From assembly GCA_965240325.2 (NCBI GenBank), contig OZ251231.1, forward strand, positions 2,108,001 through 2,172,000: a DNA stretch of 64,000 nt, read 5' to 3'. This DNA comes from Rebecca billardiae RCC1528 (Eukaryota; Protista; Haptophyta). The notes beneath the pieces were generated by a model, which saw only the letters and a list, made by a program, of their open reading frames with translations, had not been told where the DNA came from and searched no databases. This document shows, one piece after another, positions 1 to 12,314 of this stretch (position 1 is the stretch's first letter; every line of letters starts with the position of its first letter). A program made the translations under genes and the position numbers.

Positions 1-580
1 CGACCACCCACCTGGGCAGTTTCTTCTCCTTCTTGCAGCGCGCGCCTTCAAGCTCCGTCTCGTACGGCAACCGGTACGGCTCGTTGCAGATGGCGCACGT
101 GAGCCGGCTCTGGACCGAGCGCGTGCGCTTGGTCATGGAGTGGTTGAGGTACTCCTCGAGGCACGTCTGGTGCACGGAGAGCGAGTGGCACGCGCACACG
201 TTCCCCACCAGCAGCGGGGGTGTGGCCTCCATGCAAATGAAGCACACGCGCTGATTCACATCCTGCTGCGTGTCGGCCTGGCCTTTCACGCTGCGCTCGG
301 CGGCGTCACCACCACCTGGGCTGACAGAGGGAGTTGTAGGAGCGTCCTCAAGCGCATGCGCCTCGGCGCTGTCGACGACGATCGCGATAGATTCCAGCGC
401 GGCGGGTGCACGTGCGTGCGGCCCGTCGTCCTGCTCCTCGCCCGCCGCGGCCGCGTCAGCTGGCGCGTTCGCCCCCTCGAGGTCGCGCCCAGCGGCGACG
501 GTCGCATCGTCTGCAGCCGGTACACCGTCTACGGCTGCTTCTCTTTCGTGTCGTGCGTCGCCCTCTTCGTCGGAAATCAT
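1..580 (-). CDS. RING-CH (RINGv, C4HC3) E3 ubiquitin ligase, MARCH-like; runs off the left edge of the window
   Basis: Hand translation of the minus strand from ATG 580 gives MISDEEGDARHERE...RVCFICMEATPPLLVGNVCACHSLSVHQTCLEEYLNHSMTKRTRSVQSRLTCAICNEPY. This has C4-H-C3 spacing. It is missing from the ORF track because no stop falls inside the window. Confidence 0.85.
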   Translation of the reverse strand, partial: MISDEEGDARHEREAAVDGVPAADDATVAAGRDLEGANAPADAAAAGEEQDDGPHARAPAALESIAIVVDSAEAHALEDAPTTPSVSPGGGDAAERSVKGQADTQQDVNQRVCFICMEATPPLLVGNVCACHSLSVHQTCLEEYLNHSMTKRTRSVQSRLTCAICNEPYRLPYETELEGARCKKEKKLPRWVV

Positions 581-1469
581 CGTCGCCTAATGAGGTCAAC
601 CGGTGGCAGGCTGCCAGGCCGGGCGGCCGGGGGGGTTGCGGTTGGCGACTGGCGAGGAAGAACTTCCGCGTCATCCTTCGTCGCGGCGAATAAATTGCTC
701 GCGGAATCGCCGTCGGCCTAATATCCAAGACCTTGATAGATAGCAGTGATGTACTGATGTGGGTACCAGTGCGTTCGTCAATACGTTGACGGCACGACGC
801 AACGACCCTTCCAAAGATCATCAGTAATCGATCGTCCCTTCTCTTTGTACGGCAGATTCAAGATCTGATGAGAGGACAAACGGCTGATGAATCGCGATGG
901 CGGAACGCGCGCCCACCTTGGCAGTGGGAGTCGTAATGCGCTACCTCACCGAGGCCGTGGGTCGGGGGAGACATCTAGGTACCGCTTGCGCACCCACCGT
1001 GCACCCGATGGGAGTGATGCGGTGCGCGCTGCGGGCTGCTGAGTGCAGGCTCGGTGTTCGCTGGCGCGAGCGGCCACCAAGTTGCCAGGTGAGAGCGACC
1101 GTGAGTGCACGCCCTGTGAGCTGCGGATGGTAGCATGGCGCACACCACTAGATGCTAGTACTCACGGCACCCGACGCACGACAAGGCCCTGGTCACGCGC
1201 ACCGCGCGTTGCCACGACCTCACGCGCATTGATACGCGCGGGGACGGCCGGCGTCGTGCCGGGCGCGGCCCGCCGGACCGGCGGTCCGTGAGGTGACTCC
1301 GCGTGAGAGTCAGGTGGCTCGGCGGCGCGGTGCCATCTGCGACTGATGCTGCTCGGATCTACAATGTCATAATCAGCATCATCGTCGTCTAAAAAGTAAA
1401 ATGCTGACGATCACGGTCCGATGGCGCATACATACGTCTCACGCCCATCGGCGTCGCGTCAATCCGTCA

Positions 1470-2887
1470 TCATGACTTATTGGATCCCCTCGAGTTGGAC
1501 CTCGAGCGCGCGAAGGAGAGCTTTGGCACGAGCATCCGCGCCGCGGGCGCGTGCCCGCCGTACTCGCCGTTGCGGCGGAACGACAAGCGCGGACGTGCAG
1601 CCGCTTCCGCCCCGTCGTCGGGGCGTGACACCCTGGCGCCAACACCGCCCTGGCGCATGGACGGCGGCACGCCGCGCGCGGACGGCGGCGCGCCGCGCGC
1701 GGACGGCGGCGCACCGCGCGCGGACGGCGGCGCACCGCGCGCGGACGGCGGCGCGCCACCGTTGCGCGTGTAGCTGTCCGATCGCGCCATGCCGCCGTTG
1801 CGCGCGCTCGGCAGCCTCCCTCTGTCGTCCGCGTAGCGCGCGCTCTCGAGCACAGCCTGCGTGTGCGCCTCGATCAGCTCCTTACGCGCGCGCCCTTTGA
1901 GCTGCGGCGGCGTGTTGCGGAAGTTCTGCTGCGGCGAATCGTACGCGCCGTTCGCGCCGCCGCCGCCGTTGCGCATGCCATTGGCGCTGCCACCAGAGGG
2001 CTCGCGCAGCATCACCACCGGCTGGTCCGAGCCCGGCAGCGGTATTCTGCCGTTCGCCGGCGGCGGGCGCTTCGACGCGGGCACCTCGGCGCCCGGGCGC
2101 ATGCTCGTCACGGCGGCGAGCACGGGCGCGGGCTCGGCGCTGGGTAGCGGGATCGCGCGCGGCGACAGCCGCCCATTCGGCGCGTTGAGCGCAGCCAGCT
2201 GCTCGGAGCCGGGCAGCGGGATCCGCTGGGTGGGCGGCTTGTTGTACACCGGCGCCTGCCCTGAGCCCGGCAGCGGCAGCAGCCCCGGCCGTCTCTGCGG
2301 CACCTCGACCGCCGGCGGCGAGCGCTCCTGTGCGTGTGGCGCGCGCAGGGGGCGAGGCAGCGGCGCGGCGCCGCGCGTGAGCGCGCGCGCCACCCGGCGG
2401 CAGGGCGCCGCCGTCCGGCGGGCTCAGGGCGCCACGCGCGTGAGCGCGCGCGCGCCGAGCGCGCCGAGCGCTCACCGCGAAGAAGGCGCGCACGGCCTCG
2501 AGGGTGACGTAGCGGTGCAGGTCGATCCGGCCCGTCTGGTCGGTGGCGGGGCGAGGCCGCGCGGCGGCGCGGCGCGGCCGGGCCGCGTGAGCGGGCGCGG
2601 CAGGCGTCGCGCGTCGCGCACAGTTGCGTCGCGCGGTCGCGTGGCGGCGCGCGCGCGGCGTGTCTCACGTTGTCCGGGTCTCCGATCCTCCACAGCTTGT
2701 GCAGCCGCCGGTCCGACGGCGGGTGGCCGAGCAGCTTGACGTGCGTCTGCGTCACCAGCCTCTCGAACTGCGGCCGCTCCACCACTCCGTACCCGCCCGG
2801 CTCCGCACTGTCGTACTCCTTCATCAACGCGGGGCCAAACCGGTCGGAGCCGAAGCGACGCGTCTTGTCGCCGCCGCGCGACGAGTC

Positions 2888-2919
<32 letters not shown>

Positions 2920-5900
2920 GCGCGGAGAGGGGTATGCTGAAGCTGCCGCTGCCCTGCGCCATCCCGCTCGGCGGCGGGATCGTGCTCGCCCGCCGCCCGT
3001 TGGGGATGAGCCGCGTCGTCTCCCCGCGCTCGCGCGCCTGCCTGCGCATCTGCATCACGAGAAACTCCTCGAAGTTGATCACGCCGTTGTTGTCAATGTC
3101 GGCGATGTGGAACATGGCCTCGATCTTGCGCGGGTGCACCTTGCGCCCTTGCTTCTCCGCGAGCCGCTGCATCACGTACAGGAACTCGGCGAGGCTGATC
3201 GAGCCGTCCTGCACGCCCCGGCCCCGAGCGCGCGGCGACGGCGACGGCGCGGCGCGGCGCGGCGCGCGGGCGCGCGGTGAGCCGCGGCGGCGGCGCGGCG
3301 GTTGCGCGGCGCGCCTCGGGCGTCGCGCGCCGGCCGCGGCCGTGCGCGCCGGCCGGCCGCGCGGCGCACCTTGTCCTGGTCCCACTTGTCGAAGACGGCC
3401 TTCCCCCTGTCCACCTCCGCGCGGCGCAGCGTCTTCTTGAAGAGGGGCAGCACCATGCCCTCCTCCACAATCACAAGGTCAATCATGTCCGGCGCGCCGC
3501 GCGAGGGGCGGATGAGCGCGCGGCGGCGCGCCTCCTCCTCCTCGCCGTCGTCCGCCTCGGAGCGTTCGGTCTGCGGCCCGTTGGTGACCGTGTTGATCAG
3601 CCGGCCGAAGATGGACGTCTTTGAGAAGGAGCGGCGCATCCCGATGGAGAAGGAGGAGGAGGGCGGCGCGGTGCTGCCGCGCGGCTCCTCCTGCGCCGCG
3701 CTCTTGATCTCCTTGAGCAGCTGCGCCTCCTTGAGCGCCGCCTCCGCGCGGATCTTTGAGATGAGCGAGCGCATCTCCTGCTCCATCATGTTGTAGTCCT
3801 TGGTCTTCATCACGGCCACCACCTCCTCCTCCACCGGCTTGGAGAGCGGCGGGAGCGGCGGCACGACGGAGGTGCGCCGCGGGAGCTGGACGGGGCTGCT
3901 GCCGGGCGTCTCGACCGGCGTCTCCGTCGGCGTCTCCGTCGGCGTGTACCCCTCGAAGCGCGGCGCCTTCGCCATCATCCGCTCCATCTCCGAGCGCTCG
4001 CTGAAGTCGGTCGCGACCGACGCCGTCTCCGCGCGCTCGTCGTCGTCGTCGTCCGGCGCGCCCGCGGGCGCCGCGTCTGCGCGCTCGCCCGCGCTCGCCT
4101 CGGACGCGGTGTCCTCGTCGGCGCCCGGCGCGCCCGCGCCGAAGTGCTCGACCGACTTGCGCGACTTGCGCGACTTGCGCGCGGCGCGCACCGCCTTCTC
4201 GCGCTGCTCGATCCGGTGCAGCTCGCGCTCCGCCTGCGCCTCGAGCAGACGCAGCGCCGCGCGCTCGCGGCCGCGCCCGCCTCGGAAGCGGCTCTGCACG
4301 CGCACGGCGCACTTGCGCCAGCGCACGAACTTGGAGCGGTGGACCCACATCGTGAGGTACGGGCGGAGGCAGTCGATCGCGCGCGCCTTCGCCTCCCACT
4401 CCACCATCTTCGCCTTGAGCACCGGCAGCACCTCGGCCGCGTCCTTGTCCCTCAGCTCCTCAAACGCGGCGCCCGCGTCGCCGCGCAGGAAGATGCGCGT
4501 GGTGCCCGTCTTGTAGTCGTCCTCCGAGACGCCGACGACCGCGGCGATGAGCTCGCAGAACTGCGCGGGCGTCAGGTTGGCGACGGCGGGCACGTCGTGC
4601 ACGAGCAGCGGCAGGTAGCGCGAGTGCAGCAGCTCGAACGGCACGCGGATCGGGTAGCCGTTCTGCATCAGCCGCACCGCCTCGAACGTGCCGTTCGCGT
4701 GCAGCTGGCGCAGCACCGTGTCGAACTCGACCTCGCCCGGCGCGAAGCGCATGTTGGGCTTCATGCAGCGCACGAAGTGCGCGCCCGACTGGTGGAGCAC
4801 CGAGAGCAGCTCCGACATCTCGGCGAGGAAGCGCTTGGAGAGCGAGATGAACGCGGCCGACTCGCCGCCCTTCTTGCGCTTCTTCGCGCCCGGCCCGCCC
4901 GCCGTGCCGCCGGAGAAGGCGATGAGGTCGACGAGCAGCGGGACGCGCGAGCCCTCGATCGCCACGCGGAAGAAGGGGTCGAGCGCGTCGTTGTTCTTCT
5001 GCAGGAACCCCTCGGCGGTGTACACCACCTCGCCGGCGAAGTGCCGCACGACGAAGACGCCGTCGGGCGACAGCCCCTTGGCGCCCACCGCGCGCGGCTT
5101 GCCGAGGAACGCGCTCGAGCGGTGCTCCTCGTTGACGTGCGCGCAGAACTTGCCGTCGGAGGCCTGCGGCGTGATGCACTGCGAGTCGAGCAGCTTGAAG
5201 ATCCCCGACGGCGGCTTCTCCACCAGGTCGATGCAGCCCTGGTTGTCCTCGTACACGATGTGCCCCGCATGCACGCACTCCTCCTCGTACAGCCGCGCCT
5301 CCATCTTGAACACAAACTGCAGGAAGAACTGGTGCAGCTTCTCGTTGACGAAGTTGATGCAGAGCTGCTCGAACGAGTTGAGCGGGAAGATCTCGAAGCC
5401 GTACACGTCGAGCAGCCCGATGAACGGCGTCATGAAGTCGCAGTCCGACGACTCGACGAGCGCGACGTTGATCGCACGCGTGAGCCAGCGGAACAGCAGC
5501 TCGTAGAACGCCTTGGCGAACGCGTCGCGCGCCGACTTGGACTGCGGCGGCGTCAGCGCGATGTTGAACTCGGCGCCGGGCACGCGCATCTTCCGCTCGA
5601 GCAGCAGCGGCCGGATGTCGTCGATGCCGAGCAGCTCGTTCACCGGCTCGAGCTCGTGCGCGTTGGCGACGCGCGCGGCGTCGTCCGCGCCCGCCTCAAA
5701 CGTGAGCGAGCCGAGGTGCATCAGCGCGGCCACGATCTGCAGCGCGGCCTGCTGGTCCTCGTCCGAGATCGCGACGTAGTCCATCGCGCCCATCGTCGCC
5801 TCGAGCTCGTCCGCGTCGTCCACGCCCGGCACCTCGAGCACGCCCGACTGCGAGAGGTAGCCGTAGTCGGCGGCGGACGGCTTGAGCCGCAGCCGCTCGC

Positions 5901-6746
5901 GCTCGGCGGGCTCCGCGCCCGCCTGCAGCTGGTAGAAGATGTGGTAGTTCCGCTCGCCCTGCCCCTGGAACGCCACGCGCGACTTCTCGAGCAGGTACGT
6001 CGCGATCACCGCGCCCTCGACCGTGCCGGCGGAGCCGATGTGCAGCTTGACAAACTTGCCAAAGCGCGACGAGTTGTGGTTGCGCCCCGTCTTGGCGTTG
6101 CCAAAGGCCTCGAGGATCGGGTTCGACTGCAGGATCGCGTCGGTCAGGTGCCCCGACGTCTCCTGCGAGTGCGCGCGCCACATCAGGTACCGCATCAGGT
6201 ACTTGTTCGTCTCCGTCTTGCCCGCGCCCGACTCGCCCGAGACGACGATCGCCTGCGCGCGCTGCTCCTTGCGCAGCCGGTTGTACGCCTGCGCGCCGGG
6301 CGGGCGGGCGGGCGCGCGGGCGGGCGGGCGGGCGGGCGGACGGGCGGGCGCGCGCGTGAGCGAGTCACTGGGTGGGCGCCGACGACGGGCGGCGCGCGCG
6401 CGCTCGGTGCGCGAGCCCCCGCGCGAGCGAGCGTGCGTGCGCTGAGCGGACGGCGCGCCGCCGGCCGCGCCGCGCCGCGCCGCGCCGCGCCGCGCACCTC
6501 CTCGGCGATGGCGTACACGTGCGGCGGGGCGCGATTGATGCGGACGCCCTTGAAGAGCTCCATGCACGACGTGTCGTACACGGGCAAGCGCCTGTACGGG
6601 TTCACCACCAGCAGGATGTTGCCGGTGAAGGTGTGGATCTCGTCATGCTCGTACCGCTCGCGCAGATTGCCAATCACCGACTCCTCGGAGAGGTCGATGA
6701 GCTGCGTGACGTCGGGCACGCCATAGTCCACGTCGGGCTCACCCAT
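1470..6746 (-). CDS. Myosin heavy chain (motor + IQ) with C-terminal EF-hand domain. Exons 6746-6498, 6288-3370, 3208-2669, 2535-2476, 2327-1470
   Basis: Motor motifs YTGNIL-like FTGNILLVVNPY, P-loop GESGAGKT, NHNSSRFGK, DVYGFE and HFVRCMKPN. IQ-like VQSRFRGGRGR. EF loops DQDK|DGSISLAEF and DIDNNGVINFEEF. All four introns are GT-AG and splice in frame. Confidence 0.92.
1659..1757. repeat. 21-bp tandem repeat (~4.7 copies) encoding GAPPSAR in the myosin tail
   Basis: Unit ggacggcggcgc(a/g)ccgcgcgc starts at 1659, 1680, 1701, 1722 and 1743. Confidence 0.9.
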
Positions 6747-7335
6747 CTCGCCCGAGTCGGGCCGGCGGCGCCCCGCGCACGACCCGCTACGCTCTCTTGC
6801 CCCTTAGTGGCAAGCCGCCCACAGGGCCGGCCGTGGGCTCACCATCGTCGTGCAGGCCGTGCTGCAGCAAATATGGGGAACATCGGCCAAATTTGCGCGA
6901 TTCGACTATCCGAGATCGCGATCTGCGGCCCAAAAATGGCCAGCAACTGTGCTGCACTGCTGCTCTGCAAACAGTCGTTCTCCCCAGCCCGGCCTGCTTC
7001 ACCGCCCGGGACGACGACGGTGGTTGCTCAGTGGCAGCTTTTGAAAACAGTCCGTGGCCACTGACCAAGAGTTGCGACCGGAAAAGAGGGGGCCCAAAAG
7101 CAACCTGCCAAACCGTCGTCGCAGCCGCACGCAAACCGCAGCCGGTCCCGGCGTCCCGCGGGCTCTTGCAGTCTGAAGTCCCGGAGTGACGATGCAGTGA
7201 CGAGTGCACGCGCAGCTGCCGCCACGCCGTGGGAAGATCCCGCGCGCGGCTCGTTCGTTGGAGTGCTGCGAGTCTTCGGCACGGCACCGGCGATCGAACG
7301 CGGCCGGGAGGGGGAGACGCGCTGTCGTGGTGGGC

Positions 7336-10300
7336 ATGGACAGCAAATCGACGGCGGCGGACGCGCTCGTCGCGCCTGGGACGCACGGCCCGCCCGCGGA
7401 GGCGGAGGACGCGCATGCCAATGGGAGCGCGCCGGATGCCTCGGCGATGCATGCACCCCTCGGCAGCCCACAGCCTGCCGACGCGCCGGCTGGGCCGGGA
7501 CCGGGCGATTCGGTGACCATGCTCCCCGCCGGTGTCCCGGCCGCGCCCGAAGCCGCGCCCGAGGCGCAGCCCGTCGGCGCGGCGCGCGCCACAGCCGCGC
7601 AGGACGCGCCCAAGCCCATCCTGCCGCCGTTCAGGGGCGCGGACTGGGGTACGTCGGCGGCGGGCGAGCGGCACAATGCGGCGGCGCGCCCGACCGAGCC
7701 CGTCTCGTGCGCCGCCTCCGACTTTGAGCTCGCCTGGTCGCTCATGCCGCGGAGCAACAAGCGCGCCGCCGCCGAGCGCGCGGCAGCGGCCGTGCACTCG
7801 GCCGCGCTGTGGGAGGGGGCGCCGCTCAGCCGGTGCGCGCGCGTGGGCGGCGCGGGCGTTGGCGGCGGCAAGGGATCGGTGCCGAAGCGCAGGCGCACCC
7901 TCTCGCGCGAGCCGCCGCTCCAGCCGCGCGTCGCGCGCGTCGGCGCCGTCGACGACAGCCCCGAGAGCTCGCCGAGCGCGCCGGGCGCGGCCGCGGCGCC
8001 GGCCGCGGCCGCGCACGGCGGCGAGGAGGGTGAGGCTGAGGCGGGCCAGATGGTGACGCAGCCGGAGGAGGGTGCTGCGCCTCGCGCGCGGCCCCGCGCG
8101 CGCGCGAAGGGCCGCCGCGGCCGCGCGCGCGGCGCCGCGCCGAGAGCCGGGGCCGCCGAGGCGGAGGCGGCGGAGGCGAGCGCTCGACAGGCTGAGGCCG
8201 GCGCAAACGGCGACGGCGGCGGCGTGGCGGAGGGCTCGGATGGCGAGGAGGGCTCGGGCTCCGACGACGCCTCGGGCCAGCGCGGCCACGGCCGTGGTGG
8301 CCGCGGCCGCCGCGCCTCCGACGCGGCGGGCGCGCGGCGGCGCGTGCGCGCGGGCCCGTCAGTGGGCGCGCTCGCCAACCGGCTGCTGCAGCTGGGGGAG
8401 GATCCGTACTTCCGGACGGAGGTGTGCGAGTGGTCGAAGGAGGGCGGGCTCTCGGTGCAGTGGGCGTTCCCCGGGGGCAACGCGGGGGACTGCAACGCGT
8501 GGGTCGGCCTCTTCGCCGAGGAGGGCTGCGACTGGGCGGCGAGCGCGCCGCGGCCGCCGTACGCCAAGTTCAAGCAAATCGTCGAGAACAAATCGCATGG
8601 CGTGAAGCGCTTCAGCGGCAAGGAGGTGCGCTCGCTGCACGACGGCACGTACTTCGCGTCGCTGCACGCGGGCGACTTCTCGTACGCGACCGCGGGCCCG
8701 GGCTACTGCGTCTCGCAGCGCATCGTCGTCGCGGACGGCGAGATCCGCGCGCTGATCGGGCGCGCGTACGCGGTGCGCGCGCCGCGCCGCGCCCGGTGCG
8801 CGGCGGCGGTGGGCGGGCGGCCGGCCGCGCGGCCCGCACGCGCCCGGCCCTGGCGCATCGGAGTACTGCGCCGGGGGCCGGGGCTGGGGCGGAGCGAGCG
8901 GGGTCCGGCCGAGGCGCATGCGCTTGCCAGCGGGATGCGCGCCGCCGCCCTGCGCTCCGCGCGAGCGCGCCGTGCCCGTGCGCGCGGCGCAAGCCAGTGG
9001 CGGGCGGCGCGCTCGCGCGCGCGCCCGGCCAGCGAGCGCGCCGCGCCTCCGCGCCCACGGCCGTCCATTGCGTGCGCGCGCGCCCGGCCCGCCGCTGAGC
9101 CCGCCGCCGCGCGTGCGCTCGTGCGCGGCTCGCGGCGCAGGCACTGGTCCCCGCCTCCCGCCGTCCCGACGACGCGCCGCCGCCGTCGATGGGCCCGATG
9201 CACTCGCTCGAGGCGCGGTCGTTGCTGCTCAGCTCGGGCGGCGCGCAGCTGCGTGTGAGCATCGCCTTTGACGAGACGCTGCCGGAGGGCGCGCCCGCGC
9301 CCGACGGTGCGCCCGCAGCCGCCGGCGCGCCCGCCGCCGGCGCGCCCGGCGCGGCAGCCGGCGCGCCCGAGGCAGCGGCCGCCGCGCCCGGCAGCGCGGC
9401 CGAGGGCGTGCCCGCGGCGCCGGGCGCGGAGCGCGGCGCGGCGCCGGCCGCCGGCCGCGGCTCTGGCCCGGCCGGCGCGGCCGTCGTCACTCCGGTCGTG
9501 CACCTCGAGCTGCCCGCGTCGTACGAGAGCGCGGCGCTGAAGCGCGTGTACAGGGTGGTGGACGCGCTCAGCTTCCTGGACTGGGGGCTGTGCTCGGACG
9601 ACATTGTCGCCGGCTGCAAGCGCCGCGCGGCGACCGAGGCCGCGGAGCGCCAGACGTGGGGCGGCGGCGAGCTGGTGGTGCCGCTGGCGGCCGCGGGGGG
9701 CACGGCACACGTGCGCGCGGCGCGGCGCGGCGCGGCGCGGTGCACTCGGCTGGAGGGCGGGCGCGCGCGCGCGCGCGCTGTGACGAGAGCCTGCCCCGCG
9801 CGATCCGCGCGCGCGCCCCGCGCCGCAGCGTCCGCTCCGCGCGGAGCCGCTGACCACGCGCACCTCGGAGCACTACGGTGAGGCGACGATGGCGACGGTC
9901 GAGCGGCTGCTGCTCACGCTCGAGCACCTGAACGAGTGCGCGCGGCGGGCGGCGCGGCGCGTCTCTCGCGCGCGACCCCGCGCCCGTCGCCCCGCCGGCC
10001 GCGCACCTCCCGAGCGGCACGGCACGGCATGCGCGGCCGGCCCCCCGCTCGCCCACCCAAGGTCCAAGGACGGCCTTGGCCCACCCAGCCGAGCCGCCGC
10101 CGCGCCCCGCCGCCGCGCCGCCGCGCCGCCGCGCGCGCGCGCCTGCTCGCCTGCCCGCGCGCCCGCGCGCCCGCAGGGTGGTGCCCTGCATGCGCGGCTG
10201 GGGCCCGATGTGGAACCTGAGCGCGGACTCGACGCTGGTCGACATCGGCTCCGGGTACGGCAAGGTCGTGCTGCACGCCAAGCTGCGCACTGACTGCCGC

Positions 10301-10899
10301 CGCTCCGTCGGCATCGAGTGCGTGACCGCGCGCCACCTGATCGCAGAGCAGGCGCTCGACAAGCTCGCCTCCGAGCAGGGCGACGCTGAGCGGGTGCGCG
10401 CGCGCGCGCGCGCGGAGGGGCGGCGCGGCTGCGCCCGCGCGCGAGAGCGAGGAGGCGTGGGTGATCGCGGGGGCGCGTCGCGTGCCGCGTCTCGACGCGG
10501 CGCGCGCGCGCGCGCGGTGCGCTGACGATCCAGGCGCGCCACGCGCTCTGCGCGCGCGCGCCTGCCTCTGCCCGCCTCGCGCAGGCCGCGGACGCGCTCG
10601 CGGGCGTGCAGTTCCTCGACGCCGACGCGACGCACTTTGCGCGCCTCGACTTCTCGCACGTGTACGTCTTCGACCGCGTCTTCTCAAAGGTGACCCTCTC
10701 AGCGCTCGCGGCGGTGCTGCAGCGCTCCGACTGGTTCGTGCTCGTCTCCTCAAAGCCCGCGCGCGTGTGGTGGGAGTGCGGGCTGCGCAAGGCGCACCCG
10801 GTGTGCCGGCTGCGCTTTGTGACGACCGGCAAGGAGCGGTGCACGTGCACGGTCTTCATCAACGCGCAGCTGGCGCTGCCGCCCTCGCGGGGCATGTGA
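7336..10899 (+). CDS. DOT1: DOT1-like (H3K79-type) SAM-dependent methyltransferase with long N-terminal extension. Exons approx. 7336-8772, 9141-~9700, ~9829-9935, 10177-10393, 10585-10899
   Basis: TSEHYGEAT (DOT1 YGE motif), LVDIGSGYGKVVLHA (motif I), RSVGIE and FLDADAT...HVYVFDRVF. The exon 2 donor and exon 3 acceptor are uncertain. Confidence 0.75.
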
Positions 10900-12314
10900 G
10901 CGCGGCGCGGGCGGCGCGGCGCGGGCGGCCGCACGCTGCTGCTGCTGCCTGCTCGCGCCGCCATGCGCTGCGTCCAGACCCGGAGGTGCGCATCCTGGCG
11001 GCGGCGGCGGCGCGCCCAACCGCTTGCCGGCACGGCTGTGCTGGCGCGGGCCAGAGGCGAGGCCGCTGCGCCGCCGCGGCTCTGGGGTGGCAGGGTGAGC
11101 CGCGCACCGCGGTCGAAACGGTCGTGGCACCGATCAGGCGATCAGCCACGTCCAGCCGCGCGGTGTACGGCACAATGGACCAACGGTGCGCGCACGCCGG
11201 TCCACGATCGGCCATCGGTCGTGTGATGGCAGATCCCGCCTCCTGATGGCGGCAAGAGCCGGGTGCGGCGAGTGCCATTCGAGTGCGGCTGCCCCTCGGA
11301 GCGTCTCAGCCTCGCCGGCGACCGACCGCGTGCGACGGCTGCGCCACGCTCAGACGCGGGCCACAGGCACGGTGTCGGAAGCCCACTGACTACTACGGTC
11401 TGTCTGTGTGTTCGGATTATTAGCTAAGTCTTAGTGACTCAGTAGAGTCGTTGTCTAGACTGATGAGTGAAACTAAGTCACGACTTCAAGCCCTGCTAGG
11501 CCCGCCTGCTAGCTGGCGCGCGGTATTCGCCGATAACGCGCTTTTAGTAGTTTTAAAAATTATTCTACTCTCTCGTGAGACGTGACCGCCCGCAGGGGGG
11601 CACGCGGTATCAGTAATGGCAGCGTCGTAGAGTCGTCAAGCAAGCATCGGTCATATCCCCCATGTATGTTAAATGAATAACGAGTGTGACCCGTGGACTG
11701 ACGACTGGTCTCGTGTTGACTCGGGCTCGGCTTCAGAGGGCGAGCCCGAATTCTGCAAGGACTATGCGGAGCTTACAGTTACGATCGCATCAGTACAGCC
11801 CCAGCGCTGTCTGACGACGCGGCCCGGCTCTAAACTACCCACCTCTCAGTAGCCGTGAGTACCTAATGGTGACTCGAAGCCTTACCGTGACTGGCCAATG
11901 TCCTGCCCTGGCGGCGCGGAGCCGCCATCGCAGTGACGCGCCGTCATCGTGCAAGTGCCGATCTATGTATCATACGGCCCTTCTGGGCGGTCGACTATTC
12001 GACTATCATAAAGTACAGTATGGGAGTAAAGTACCCGGCCTACTAGTACTATGATACATATTCATCGAGGATGCGTTTCAGACTGCTGCGTTTGAACCGG
12101 TACCTATGGCTGTTACGAGCGGTCTGGCTGTGCACCGATATCTCCATCATAAATCCTAAATCAATCTCCTCAACGTCCCTCACAACAAGGCCATCAAGAA
12201 TCTCCAGTCGGGCCAAACGCCCCTTTTCAATCAATCGTCGCGGGCCTTGGCTTTTCGAGAGCGAGCCCGCCGGCGCGCACATCCGCGGGGGGCTGCTCGA
12301 GGCCCGTGCACGCC

